Source: Epiperipatus broadwayi (taxonomy: Eukaryota > Animalia > Onychophora). Taken from it: a stretch of DNA of 64,000 nucleotides. The notes under the pieces were generated by a model. That model worked only from the letters and a program-made list of their open reading frames with translations, had not been told where the DNA came from and searched no databases. Positions 1 to 14,192 of this stretch are shown in pieces. Position 1 is the first letter of the stretch. Each line of letters opens with the position of its first letter. The stretch is from assembly GCA_028023455.1 (NCBI GenBank), contig JAQFVV010000001.1, forward strand, positions 21,328,001-21,392,000, given 5' to 3'. The position numbers were made by a program, and so were the translations under genes.

Positions 1-444
1 GTTTTCTTTTATGCAATAAAGAAGTTCATATTTCATTTAAAATTGGGATTTCCTCATTTTATATACATGTATTAAATTTTACATACTTTAAATGCCTGTT
101 GGAAAAAGGTTTGGCAATAAATTTAGATACAGTAGAAGATTTAGAAAAAGATAATGAAACAGAAGTGAAACCTGTTTATTTCACATCAAAAATGATTCCA
201 GAAAATCTTCAACTTTTTAATTAATTGGAAAATCTTTTTAATTGTTAATGACACAAATTATGAACTAAATTTCAATGAGAGCTAAATAGTTATATGTCTG
301 TGTATGTTTATATTTTCTTTTATACACATACATACATAAAGAAACTTTTAGACAAAAAAAAGTACAAGTAAAAATATTTAAGAACTTTTCATTTTTACTT
401 AAAAAGAATGTATTTTTAAAAGTTTTTAAATATTTTTATTTGTT

Positions 445-3400
445 CTGTTGGGTGCACCATACTGTGCCGGTAGTTGGCGCTTTAGTGCTCATCAAGAAGC
501 ATGCAATCGATAAATTTCTTTTGAAGAAATTGTTCAAAATACGTAAATTTTAAAAAGTACACACACACATTCAAGTACATAAAATACCCCCCCCCCCAGT
601 GATTAACTGAAATGTCTCAAAAATAAGTAGAATACAAATTTAAAAATTGCTGCCCCAAGCGATTAATTGAAATGGCTCAAAAATAAATAAAATAGAAAAA
701 TTCATAAATTTTAAAGAAGTACACACACATATCAAAAACAGCAATAATGCCATTATTTTTTAAATCAAAACAACCACCCCACCCCGAATGAAGAAATAAC
801 TCAAAAATAAGTAAAATACAAATTTAAAAATTACTGAAATCAGTAAAATACCCTCCCCCCCCCCCAGCGAAATAAATGAAATACAAAAATTCATAATTTT
901 TTTAAAAAGTACACACACATCAAAAACAGCAATAACATCATTATTTTTTATGTTAAAAAAAACCACCCACCCCCTGAATGAAGAAATGGCTCAAAAGTAA
1001 GTAAAATACAAATTAAAAAATCACAGCCCCAAGCGAATAATTGAACGCACATTCATGCATATATGTTCTATTATCATTTTATTAAGTTGCTTTTAATTAA
1101 TATACACTAACTTGGAGGAGTTTAAACTAATAAAAATATACTACTATGGAACATAGTAGAGTAAAGCATTAGGATAGGTAAAAAATACCATTGCAATATA
1201 TTAAAAAATATAATCGCTTGGCAAAATGAAATGACATAAAACCCAAACTCTCACCCCCACCCACCCCTGCCAACTAATTTTTAAATTGGATTCATAACAT
1301 TGGATTATTTATATACTTATTTTGGCACTTTCATGTAATTAAAAGCTTAATTTATATAACTGAAATTATTTACTCATCATCCTATTACATAATTTAACAT
1401 AATATAGCATAACTATTCCTTGTCATGATGGGTTCTACTCTGACAACTCTATGCATTAATTAATAGATTTACTTTATTTGATTTATTTAAGATCCTAAAT
1501 AATAATAATAACTTGGCATCTTCATGACTTTGTCAGTCCAGTGGGGGGGGGGGGTTGAAAGAATCAGGAAGAAGCATAAACAAAATTTATAATTTAACTA
1601 TTGGTTCCTGCTATCATTCAAGGTAAATACAATTATACACACATAAAAAAATGTTGTCTATTAAAATGTGATAACTTATTTTAAGAAGTGATAACTAGAC
1701 CAGCAACAAGATTAATGATTCAGTGTAATAAATAAAATACATATAAAGATTATATAAATTATCTAGGTTAAGACCAGCAATAAAATTCTTACATTTTCAA
1801 GTTACAGTTATATGAAATAATAATATTAAATGTTTACTGGCATTCTTGGGGGCTTCTTTGAAGTGGTTGAGCAAATTCATGGTGAGAAATGGGTTGTATG
1901 TAATGAAAACATCTCTTCTTTATATTAAGCACAGGAACGGTTCAAGCTCTCAGTTCCCCACTGTTATGACCCAGAAAAGCTGATGCCAACTTGCTACCAC
2001 ATCTTTTCAGGTACAGTAGACATTGCTATTTTTATTTTAAGTGTAGGATAGTTTCAAAGTAGGTAAAAAAAACTATTCAAACTAAGACTTTTGCTCAAAA
2101 TACATAAATTTTTAAAAAGTACACACACATCAAAAACAGTTGTAACAGTCTAAATTTTATATTAAACTCCATTCCATATCAATCATAGCATATTCATATA
2201 TTTTCAAACAAAGATAAAACAACATGGGTATAATCACCTCAAGTGAGTTTCGTTTAGTTTAGATGAATTTAAAATTATATATGATTGAGAAAAACTTACA
2301 AGATTAGATTTAACAAAATTATACTAAACATAGAATAAGTGCTGTACTCCTAGAGCAATACTAAAATAGTTACAGTTGTTACCCTTACAGGGGAAATACA
2401 TTGTAATAGTAAATATGAATACAATGCATAGCAAAACAGAGTGGCAACATAGAGGTATGCAAGGAAGAAACACACTTAAAGAACATCTGCTAATAGTTTT
2501 TTTAAATATGCTGCAGGCAAAACCTCATGTATATAAGGAGAGAGAATGTCTTTATTATAGTTGATTTGATTCTTTTTACAATAATTATTAATATATGAAA
2601 TATTGAAGAACTGTTGGTGATAGAACTTTTACTATATCATAAATTAAAAATAGCAATATGTATTGTACCTGAAAAGATATGTAAGTCAGCATCAGCTTTT
2701 CCAGATCATAGCAGCTGGGAGCCAAAAGCATGAACCATTCTTGAACATAATGTAAAGGAGAGAAGATGTCCTCATCACCCACCATTTTTTCCTTGCCATG
2801 GATTCAATCATCTACTTTAAAGAAGCTCTCAAGAATGCTGGTAAACATTTAATATTATTTCATATAACTGTAACTTTAAAATGTAAGAATTTTATTGCTG
2901 GTCTTAACCTAGATAATTTATACAATCTTTATATATATATATATTATTTATTTTCTTGAATCAATAATCTTGAATAATTTAAACAATCTTTATATATATA
3001 TATATTATTTATTTTCTTGAATCAATAATCTTGTTGCTGGTTTAGTTATCACCTCTTAAAATAAATTATCACATTTTAATAGAAAACATATTTTCTATAT
3101 GTGTATAATTGAATTTACTTTGAATGATGGAGGGAACCAATAGTTAAATTATAAATCTTGTTTACACTTCTTCCTGACTCTTCCAAACCCCCCACTGGAC
3201 TGGCTGAGTCACAAAGATGCCAAGTTATTATTATTATTTAGGATCTTAAATAAATCAAATAAAGTAAATCCGTTGATTAACTTAAAGAGTTGACAGAATA
3301 GACCCCCATCATTACAAGAAATAGTTATGCTATATTATGTTAAATTATGGATGATGAGCAAATAATTTCAGTCATATAAATTAAGTATTTAATTACATGA

Positions 3401-5104
3401 AAGTGCCAAAATAAGTATATAAATAACCTAATGTTACAAATCTAATTTAGAAATTAATCAGAGAGGGGGTGTTTTATGTCTCATTTCATTTTGCAACTTT
3501 TAATATTGAAATGGTATTCTTTATCTATCATAATGTTTCACCTACTATGTTTCATAGTAGTATATTTTTCTTAGTTTAAACCCCTCCAAGTTAGCATATA
3601 TTAATTAAAAGCAACTTAATAAAATAATAATTATATGTATATGCATGTATGTGCGTATATTTATATAAATGCATACTTAATATAATACTAGATGAACATG
3701 CATAAATAATTACCAATTTAAAGTTATAAATTTAAATAATAGATGTAAACATTACCTGGTGTGGGGGTTTTCACACATACATATATGTGAAGGGAGTGAT
3801 AAGGTTATAAATTTTTAAGCTTTGCTATTTTTTTTTTTAATTATTTAATTCTAAGTTATAAATTTCCTTATACAAAATTTGCTTTTTTTTTTCATGTGTC
3901 ATAGCATCGGCTGAGAAGCGAACCCGCTAACTTGGGACAACTGCTTGTAAGGCAGCTGTGATGACCTCTCGACCACCAATGCTTGACAATTTGCTTTTCT
4001 TTGCATAAGAGTGACAATTTCAAGGTAGCCTATCCACATATATAGAGAAATATTTTTCCAAGCTAAAATTTGTTTTTGTAGTTTATTTCTTGGAAACTGT
4101 TCACCCACACCTTGGAAAAATAAAAATAAACTTGATAATAATTTTAAAATGTATATTTGGAACAAAGAGAAAGTTAGCCCATTTTTTAATGTTAAATTTT
4201 TCCCCTTTACTCAACATTTTCTTTCAAAACTGTTTTAATACATCATAATAAAAGTTAAGTAGGTGTATCAAAAGGTGCAACATGTCTATCCTTTGTATTT
4301 TTTCAATAATTGTAAAATAATAATTTTAAATTAGTGGGGGGGAGGGGCAATTTCTGTTTTTGCAATTTGTATTTTGCTTATTTTTGAGTGATTTTTTTAA
4401 TTTGTATTTTACTTATTTTTGAGTCATTTTTTCATTGGGGGGGGGGGGTTTAACTTAAAAAATATTGGTGTTATTGCTGTTTTGATGTGTGTGCGTGTGT
4501 GTGTGTGTACTTTTTTAAAATTTATGAATTTTTGTATTTTACTTATTTTGCTTGGGGTGGGGGATATTTTACCGATTTCTGCTAATTTTTAATTTGTATA
4601 CTTATTTTTGAGCCATTTCTTTATTCAGGTGTAGGATGGTTTTTTTTAACTTAAAAATAATGGTGTTATTGCTGTTTTGATGTGTGTGTATGTGTGTATT
4701 TTTTTAAAATTTATGAAATTTTTGTATTTTACTTATTTTGCTTTGGGAAGGGGGGATATTTTAGCAATTTCAGCTATTTTTTAATTTATATACTTATTTT
4801 TGAGCCATTTCTTCAATTAGGGGTGGGGTGGGGTTTTTTTAACTTAAAATATAATGGTATTATTGCTGTTTTGAAGTGTGTGTTTGTGTGTTCTTTTTTA
4901 AAATTTATGAATTTTTGTATTTTGCTTATTTTTGAGCCATTTCAATTAATTGCTGGGGGATGTATTTTATGTATTTTGCATTGTGTGTGCACTTTTTTAA
5001 ATTTAGGTATTTTGAGCAATTTCTTCGAAAGAAATTTATCAATTGCATGCTTCTTGATGAGCGCTGAAGTGCCATCTACTGGCACAGTATGGTGCACCCA
5101 ACAG
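445..5104. repeat. 4.66-kb nested imperfect palindrome (foldback-like): outer arms ~445-1045 / ~4330-5104, inner arms ~1060-2040 / ~2640-3650
   Basis: CTGTTGGGTGCACCATACTGTGCC at 445 is the reverse complement of GGCACAGTATGGTGCACCCAACAG ending at 5104. The outer arms consist of ~150-190-bp subrepeats (AAAAAGTACACACACATCAAAAACAG...). The inner arms match in reverse, e.g. CCAGAAAAGCTGATGCCAAC...CTTTTCAGGTAC at ~1970-2015 versus its reverse complement at ~2665-2710. No TSD seen. Confidence 0.85.
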
Positions 5105-5697
5105 TACCAAATGTTATTTTCAAATTATGATGTTTCCCATGTTGTTTAGATGAAAAATTTAGCTTTTTTCTTTCAAAATTTTTAAATCCTTGTTGAAAAT
5201 TTTATATATTTGGAAAAAATCTCTTTTGTCAAGTTAAAGTAATATTTCCAGCATAAATGAATGTCCTGCATCTATAAAATCTGTGAAAATATATTAAACA
5301 AAGTAGATGAAATAACTGAATCATGTGTTAGATCATTCTGTAAAATTTTATATTTTTTATGCATTTAATGACACTTCATTTTTTTATTAGAGAGCTTTTT
5401 TCAAGAAAATTAATGATTCTTCTGCATTTAAGGAATTTAGAAAATTTATCCAAACAAAATTATTAGTTGAAATTAGAACAATAATATTGCACTAGTTTTT
5501 AATTTATTTTGAAAACTTTTTCACCATGATTTTATATCAGCTTTTTTTTAATCTAAATAGATGTCTTTCAAATACTGGAAAATGTTTTATTAATATGATC
5601 CATTCAAATAGCATATAGAGAATACATAATAATCATATTGTTTTTATATATTCCCCTTTACTTTTTTTTTTTGCTTTTCTCATCATATATTCATATA

Positions 5698-8600
5698 AAC
5701 CTGTGTCTCATTTTATGTGGTAGATAGGTTCCTCAGAAAATATGCACAAAAGAAATCACATGAAAATTGACTTTTGAAAAATGGGGGATTGTACTATAAT
5801 TTTCAAAAATCACATAAAAGCAAAGCAACAATGTAAAATTACTTTAAAATTCACATAAAAAAATAAGGAAATAAAATATGACTAATAAAAAATTTCAAAT
5901 TTAAAAAAAATTGATACAAGACAAACTTTTTTTATTAACTACAGTATTTAATTTTTTTAAAACAATATATTTTTATATGTAATTTACAATATTTTACATT
6001 TTTTCATACATGTATAGTATTTTAATCATTATCGCTATTTGACAATATGCAAGTTTGTTTGTGAACTTGTAAGACATCAGATTCATCACAAGAGGAAATG
6101 CAACTAGTACCAACTTCAATTTTGTTAATTGCTCTTATAGTACACTTGCCCAAACTAAAATGTTTTCCAATCACTGTTGATCCTTCTCATTTGCTAAGCG
6201 ATCTAAAATTAAAATTTTTGTTTCAAAGAAATTCATTTTCTTAGGTGTTTTTCTCTCTTCATTAGGATAAACTAAAAGTTTAAAACAAAAATAAAAACTT
6301 AGACTTATGATGATAAAAAGACACCTACTCACCACTGTTGGGCAAAATTTAATTAAAACTAACAATTAAAAATTCAATTCTTATTCTTGTCTTTAATTTT
6401 TAATTTTCAATATTTTTTAAATATCAAATTTCATTGTTTCATATCACATTAATTTCAGATCATGTTATGTAATTTTTAAATTGTTAATTACAATTAAAAA
6501 TCAGATTTTAATTTTTAATAGTCAAATTTAATTGTGCCCACCACTGTTATTCATCTTTTAAAAATAAACTTGTGGACACTAAATGATTAATTGATTATGC
6601 ACTCTTTTTTTAAAAAGCAAAAATAGAATGTGATTTAAAACACAAAAACAACAACATGCATAGTATAGGCATCTGTAACGTTTGAACAAATTTACATTAT
6701 AATCTTGTAAAATTTATTACTTGCGGACACTAAATGATTAATTGATTATGTATTCTTTTTTAAAAAGCAAAAATAGAATGTGATTTAAAATGCAAAAACA
6801 ATAACATGCATAGTATAGTCATCTATAACATTTGAACAGATTTACATTATAATCTTGTAAAATTTAATGTGTGTATTGAAAGAGATTTTCGTTTCACCTT
6901 TTTTCACCTATTTCCTACCCTCATACCTTAGTTTGAACCCCAATCTATCGTAGTGTGTCTGCAATACACTTATATACCGAAAATCCCGCCTAATTTTAAA
7001 CCATGAATACAATGCTCATATTATATATATAACTCATTCCCAAATAAATAAAAGATTATAGATTATGTATATGTTCACATAATTTTGATTTATTAAAAAG
7101 TAGGTTATATAAGTCGTAATTGTGCACACACTATGATATGCATTTATAACATATCAAAATTATAAATTGTTAAAAGTTATTTTGTTTGAATCTATTTACA
7201 AATATATATTACTGTCGTAATATATTTTGATTTAAAATAAAATTCATTTAGTAAATATTCGTTTAGTAAATAGATTCAAATATTGCAATTTAAAAGTAAA
7301 ATAATTTTAGTTTAATTTAATAAAAGTCATTCCAAATATTTCTGTTAAAATAAATGAGGGACGATAGTATAATTAGTTAATGTTATATAAGTTTATCTAA
7401 AACAGCAGATGTCCACTTAAGGTTTTCTTTAATTAGTAAGAGTAATTTTTAATTAAATCTAGTTTGTAATTCAAATGTTGAAAGGGAAGATAACAAAAGA
7501 AATTAATTAAAATTTTGTTGAATTCCTTTAGACATTCGAATAGATTTAATTACAGCTGATAAGTCCGATATATTTTTGTAATGCTCCAGGGCAGTTCTAT
7601 TGTTAAATTCTACTATAAAAGGAGTGTTTTCTTTTGTTCTGGATTCTAATGTTTCTCAGAGAAATCATTCTGAGGTCTAATGTTTCTAACCAAAATTATT
7701 GTAGTAATTTGTAAATCTTGACATGATGGAGTAGAGCGCAAGAAGGCTATTTCTCTCTGGAATGGTCATATGCTGCCGTAGACCATCGGAAGTTATCACA
7801 CAAGGAACCCGAGAACTGCTGCCGCTGCCAAATATATGAACATTTCCAGATTTTGCTGTTAAATTATATAAAAACCTGCCAACCATCAATCTACCCAAAA
7901 TGCTTCTCCAGAGGTAATCCTAAATTAACCCAAGAGCTCTTGTGATAACTAACATGCTATAGCTATTTTAAATTTTCTTATATTTCACATAACGTCATTA
8001 TGTACTTCTTTAAATATAATCAATATTTTGCTCTCTATCCTTGGGTTAATATTTTCTATTGATTAAGCTTTCTGTTATTTTATTATGATAATGTGTCAGA
8101 ATCATCTTTGACCGAGTGAATTATTCCTTTTGTTGAAAATAAGATGCCGCTATGAAGGCATATTTTAAATTTCTAAATAATTTCCAATTTTATTATCTTG
8201 CAAATCACTTGTTCGAGGGCGATTCTTTTCTTTAATATATAATGTAATCACATAGTTTAAAATCTACATGTTATTGATTTTAATCTAATATGAGAGTATG
8301 TGCGAGGTCAATGATTAAATGTGTCCCCTAATGCATGATTGCGTATATAAATCTATACTTACTTTTCAAACCCGCAAGTATGCATTTTCCTATTTTAATT
8401 GCCATGTTCTACTTTAATTACAAAGTTCATCATTGACATCGAGAATGTGCGGACCCTTTTAAATGAATTTCTGGGAATTTGATTGGGCATTTCTCTTAAT
8501 CCAAGTAAAACCCATTCAGTATGTTTTATATACACTAGTCTCGTATTGCTGGTAAATGAATTGGTTGTTGAGACTGCTTTGTTTTACTTTTCCAAGGATT

Positions 8601-9904
8601 TTTTACATGGCCAAGTCCGTTCTCTTCACTTATTGTGGTTTCCAGGCAGAGTGTGTCCACAAATGACACACCTGGGAATTAAATGCAATTGTCACCCAGT
8701 CACTAAGTTTTGGCTGTTCATAAAAATACTTTCCTATGGGTTAGCGGCAAGATGTCCTCTGTAATCATTTCGGATCTTCAATATTGTTTTATTTTATATT
8801 TATTTTTACAAAGCATCCGTGACTTAAACATGTCACACCCTCCAACTTTAATAAATTCATTATTAGCAATACTGACCTCCCAATGTAACTTTTTATTATT
8901 ATTATCAAATAAATGCTTTGATCACATTCCCACTTTGATGCTTTGTAAGCTTTTGTCCGTGCTATTCTCGAAATCAATAAATATTTTAGAACACTTAATT
9001 TTCAAATATTTTCTTAAACTTGTATAATTGCTCAAAGCACCTCGCACATGTTCCTATCTCATCAAGCACATTATCGTAATGCTATTAGCTCGAGGAATAG
9101 AATATATCATTTTGCTTTAAAACCCTTTTTGTCATTTGTTGGAATATAATGCCAACAATTATTTAGTACGCGTCCCTGTCTCATATAAGCAGACAGTGGC
9201 ATGATATATATATATTTTATATAAATAAATTCATTTAAACTAAATTTGATCTCTTATTTTATTGATTCCTATCACTGTCTCGGTCTTTATATATATATAT
9301 ATTCTGCATTTCTTTTGTAAATCCATAGACGTTAATTAGCCACCCAAGCTTCTTTTAGTATAGAGTCTTTTGTTTCTCCCTGACCACCAGGCACCAGTCA
9401 AAGGTTATATTAGTAATGGCATGAGATGCATTATCACATAGATGGTGCTGTGAAATTTGGACTTTAGATTCGAACTTAGTAAATCTAGAAGGCAACCCCT
9501 CCTAGAATGTTCAGTTTCATGTCTGGGGTTTGAATTCTGCAGCATGTTAGAGAGATAGATGATTCTGACTGTTACAGTATATAAAATGGGGAAATCCTGA
9601 TTTTAAATGAATTATGAACTTCTTTATTGCATAAAATCTATTACAGTACTATTATAAAGTGCTGAAAATATTGAAATTATTAGATGGAGGTTGAACTCCA
9701 ATAATGCGATTACTTTAAATATGACATTTGAGTGCACAAAATTTATAATATTTAAAGCAATAGCACATTATCAGAGCTTGACTTCTCATCTAATAATTTT
9801 TATCACATAAAAGAAAACTGCATACAAAGATATTAAAAAGAAACATGAATTGCATACCTTCAAAAATCACATTTTAAAAATCCACATAAAACAAGACTTG
9901 GGTG
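5698..9904. mobile_element. TA-flanked MITE (Tc1/mariner-pogo type non-autonomous DNA transposon), copy 1, interrupted by a solo LTR
   Basis: TA|AACCTGTGTCTCATTTTATG ... CATAAAACAAGACTTGGGTG|TA ends. 5698-6876 and 9581-9904 are colinear with the uninterrupted copy at 52545-53576. There is an internal ~145-bp tandem duplication at ~6570-6866. Confidence 0.85.
6877..9576 (+). mobile_element. 2.7-kb solo LTR (Ty3/Gypsy-type) with 4-bp TSD GTAT
   Basis: The segment is absent from MITE copy 2. It begins TGAAAG and ends CTGTTACA, with GTAT on both sides (6873-6876, 9577-9580). Its 3' end ATTCTGACTGTTACA resembles the ATTCTGACCGGTACA end of the LTRs of the element at 19633-30916, and both LTRs start TGAA. 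Confidence 0.88.
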
Positions 9905-10149
9905 TATATTAAAAAATTTTTATCATCTCCTCATATATGCAATTTTTTTTCCTATAATTCCTTTTTTATTTTGCTTGTGAAGACTGCAGAACAGTCAAAA
10001 TTGTAAGCAAAATAAAGAAGAAATTATGCAAAAAATATTGTATTTAAGTGTATATGAGGAGATGATAAGAAAATTTTAATATATATGAATAATCATATTG
10101 AATGCTAATTTTTTCCTTGTATTTATTTTGTTTTAAGACTGATGTAGAC

Positions 10150-11450
10150 TTATTTTCATGCCAAAATTTTAAAATAAATTTTATTTAAATAACATTATGG
10201 AACAGTCTTGGTCTCAAGGGAAAATTCAAGTTCATTAAATATTAGAGGAACATTGTGTTCTTGCAACACTTTTTTAATGATGCTTTTCTTTGTTCTATCA
10301 ATATTGAGCCTATAAATCTGATATATAAAAATAGCAATCTCATTAGTGATGATATTAGTAGTTCTTTTATATGTATTATTTTTTACAACCCTCAATTTCA
10401 CATAAGAATGACGAGATATTATGATTAGATCTTATAAGAATCTGTTTTTCATGATTTTTCTCAACTTTTCTAACATCATTCTCTCATTTAATAAGTTTAA
10501 ACAACAATTTTCAGATCTTTGATAGATGAATATTGATGATAAATAGCTCTGCTGGATTTGTTTCAATCTGAAATCTTATTTTACAGATCCTTGAGTAATT
10601 GACACTTTGATCATTGTTGTTATGCATTTAAATTTATCATAGAAAAAAAGAATTGAAGATATTCTATTAATATTTTATTCAAGACATTTAATATATTGGA
10701 TCCAGTTAGCTGTCCTTAAATCCCATCATGCAACAAAATAATCTTCAACCATAAGAATGTGAATTTCAAAAATGATTAGACTTGATTATGTTGACTATGA
10801 AGAAATTGTTCCAATATTCAGTAAATCAAAAGCTAATAATGGACCATTTTTTGTCAATCCAAATATAAGTAAGGAATAGTTCATGTTCCTTGTATGTCTG
10901 AATGAAATGTTTTTCTTTAATTGGCATTGTAAAATAAATGCATCTTGTTTAAATTTGTCCATTCTAAAAGTTAATAACCTTTTTGATTCTCATTTGTTAT
11001 ATCTAAATTTTACTTTGAAAATTGATATTTATTGATGGTAGTAATATTCTAGGTTTGAATTCTAACTAGCAATATGCACCTCATGGTATAGTAAGAAGAG
11101 GAGGATAGAGCTAGTTTGAATTAAAAGGTTTATAAATATTGCATAAATAAAAAATTATTTATCTGAATACTGCAATATTACTTAATTATTTTTAATAAAA
11201 CGGCTTTTACTAAAGATTGTGATTTCAACCAGAGATAACAAATTCTACTTTAAAATGCATTCTATTAAGAATCAATGTAAATCCAGGAATTTTAAGAAGA
11301 TGCATATTATTAAGAAAGACAGAAGGACTTCTGAAGTGCAATAATATTAATGTTATGCTGAACAATTATTGTGTATGAAATTTCCCATTTTTCAATTCTG
11401 ATATTCCCTCAGTATTAATTTGAAATAAATTTGTGTTTCCTAACTGAAGA
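10150..11450 (-). pseudogene. degenerate, internally deleted LINE ORF2 remnant (APE endonuclease start plus RT fragment)
   Basis: Minus-strand HNINIIALQK (~11357-11325) and LKIPGF (~11296-11278) match the APE N-terminal pattern xDIIxLQE...IPGY. ITQGS (~10600-10584) matches the RT motif VPQGS. Many stops and frameshifts. Confidence 0.45.
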
Positions 11451-12941
11451 GAAGATCACTAAGTAGAGAATGTGATTAACAACACTATATAATCATTTTT
11501 ATTTTAAGAGCCGAGAACTCTCATCTCTATAATTCTGGTGTGATTATATTCCACAATATTTTCTAAGCTTACGTTAGTAAATTTATTGTGTGTTTTTATA
11601 ATTTGATGTCTTTAACCAGGAGTTTTTCACGATAAAGTCTGGCTTCTATGCATGTGGAGATTTGTCTCATCGGATGACTGTCATATATACAGCCCACTCC
11701 ACTAATAACGAAATAGTTTATATATAAAAGATAATAAAATATTTTATATGCTAATTAAATAATTATCATAGAATATCAATTTTGAGGAGGTCTTAAGCAT
11801 TGGAAGCAAATTTATGTATGCCTTCATTGATATCTAATATACTGAATCTGCCTGACAGATAATGAATTATGATAACAAAGCCATTACTAAATAAAATATT
11901 TTTATTGGTTCATTTATATAATCTATTTCGTTACAAATTTTAATATAATACAAATTATTATCATTTAAATATAAAAATGAAAAGCACATTCTTTTTAGAT
12001 AAAATTTTAATTAATGTTACATTTAATAAAAAATAATTAATATAAAACCCGATTTATGATCTCAATTTATTTTTAAAAAAAAAAAAAAGATATGCTTTCA
12101 ATCATATTAACAACATAGTTTTAAAAATAAAATATCTCCTTTAATGTCAAATTAAATTATTGATTCTAACTAAATTAAATTATTTAGCCATCTAACTTTA
12201 AATATTCTTTTATCAATTTTTAAGAAATGTGGAGGAATGATTTCAATGACTAATTTTAATAATTTCTTTAACGTATTTAATATACAGATAAAATTTAATC
12301 TTTTATGTTTTATATTTTACGAAAAAGATCCTTTTTATTCTGTATAATCAATAACTTTCACATTAATAATTAATCTATTATTTCGTTTTATAATAATTAC
12401 ATTATCTTAAGTATTTTGCACTTTTTTATATAAATTTTATACTTTAAAAATATATGATGTATTATATTACAGTAGAATTGTATATACATATATGAGCCTC
12501 TTAATGAAGTACCTAATGATTCTGTAGTTAATATGTTTGTTAGTAACGCCAAGCAGACGAGAAAAAAATAATAATTTCAAATAAACTTAATATTTTTTTT
12601 TTAGCTACAAGCCTATACATAGCTATTCGAGCTATCCATTTAATTATTGATTAGTAAATGGGTATTCAAATATTTTTAGTTAAGGGGTAAAGCATGTAAA
12701 ATAAACATTTATTTTCTGTGTTTTGATTAACCTAAGCTACCATTTACCCTACAATGACTTACTTTAAAAAATACTATAGACTTCTATTGTTTAATTATCT
12801 GAATAAACTTTAAAAATTTACTAAATTATATTAAAAATTTAGAAAAAAAAAGATAAATTATTTTCGGTGATAATTAATTATTATTTCTTATTCACAGTAT
12901 TGTCCCAGTCACTTTCAAGTACTTTTGAGATGGAAAAAAGC

Positions 12942-12974
<33 letters not shown>

Positions 12975-13552
12975 CGTGTGTGTGTGTGTGTTTTATTAAA
13001 TATATCATATCAAAAATAATATTTGAATATGCATAATAACTTACACAGATGAGTATCATCATTTATAATATATCGAAAAATCTATATTTATACAAAGTGT
13101 GCAAAATGTTGAAGACAACATGAAGTGCAGTATTACAATTCTTGTGTGCTTTATATAGTATATATTGTAACTGACAGAACCCATATGAAAATCACCTCAG
13201 GGCAATCCACATGTGCATTCCATATTCTGACATTACAGACAGAAACTTTCCTTTATAGCCTGCCAAGGTTAGAATAAAACAAAAAAACTCTTAACTATTT
13301 TACTTAAGTCATTAATTGCAATTAATGATGGCAAACTCCCAAAAATAATGAGACAAACACTATTTATGTATATACAAAATAACACACATTGGCAGGACTT
13401 TAGTTAATGGCTTTATAAATTAATTAAAGTTAACTTAACCTTTCTAAATCTTATTATTAAACATCATATGATCACCATTTCTTATGTTTGCTCATAATTG
13501 TTATAAAAACAGGCAAAACTCTCCATACAGTAGTGCAAAAGGCTTCTGCCTA

Positions 13553-13613
13553 CTTATCCAATATCTCCAGACTAGTTTCAGCCTTGTGGCCTTCGTGAGT
13601 GAGAAACCTTGGA
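13553..13613 (-). ncRNA. hammerhead ribozyme motif, inverted copy with mutated core
   Basis: The reverse complement reads ATCCAAGGTTTCTCA-CTCACGA-AGGCCACAAGGCT-GAAACTAGTC-TGGAGATATTGGAT, so the CUGAUGA core is mutated to CUCACGA. Confidence 0.55.
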
Positions 13614-14131
13614 TCTGAGAGCACTGCACCTAGATCTTAGGATCTAATGCAACCCTCCAGCAGCCACTTTTTATCTGTACTTAACTACAAAACAATGATG
13701 AAGGCCATAAGCCAGAAACTAGTCTGGGAATATTGAATGAGTATGCACTAGATAGGGATATTATGCACAAGCCTTCTGGTATCCATTAATTACTCTGGCT
13801 TGCACTGAATGGCACTACTGTATGGAGAGCTTTGCCTGTTTTAATAACAGTTATGAGAAAGCATAAGAAATGGTGATCATGTGCTGTTTAGTGGTTTAAT
13901 ACCAATCCTGCCTAATAGAATAGTGGTGCTTATGGTTATTAAAGAATAAAGACACCAAAATGTATGTGTACTGAACTGAGTTCAGATCTATATGACTATA
14001 TAAGTTAATGAGCTTAGATTTAAAATATTGTGTTTTTCAATTTTATTCTCATAGTTTTGTAGTTAAATATAGATAAAATGTGGCTGCTGGAGGGTTACAT
14101 TAGATCCTAAGATCTAGGTGCAGTTCTCTCA

Positions 14132-14192
14132 CATCCAAGGTTCCTCACTGATGAAGGCCACAAGCCAGAAAGTAGTCTGGGGATATTGGATG
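14132..14192 (+). ncRNA. type I hammerhead ribozyme motif (degenerate copy)
   Basis: CATCCAA-GGT-TCCTCA-CTGATGA-A-GGC-CACAA-GCC-A-GAAA-G-TA-GTC/TGGGGA-TA-TTGGATG. Stem I pairs TCCTCA:TGGGGA plus CATCCAA:TTGGATG; the CUGAUGA and GAAA cores and a GUC cleavage triplet are present. Sister copies read GAAAC-TA-GTC, giving the palindromic ACTAGT stem III. Confidence 0.72.

Noticed and set aside
1935-2010. AG/GT-flanked 76-nt candidate exon (ERFKLSVPHCYDPEKLMPTCYHIFS)
   Set aside because: It lies in a palindrome arm, its inverted partner has indels that break the frame, and it has no polypyrimidine tract.
3899-4165. CpG-containing 88-aa ORF / possible hAT dimerisation-domain fragment (plus-strand ASAE...LDNLLFF) inside the palindrome
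   Set aside because: Similarity is weak and interrupted by a stop, and no other transposase motifs are nearby.
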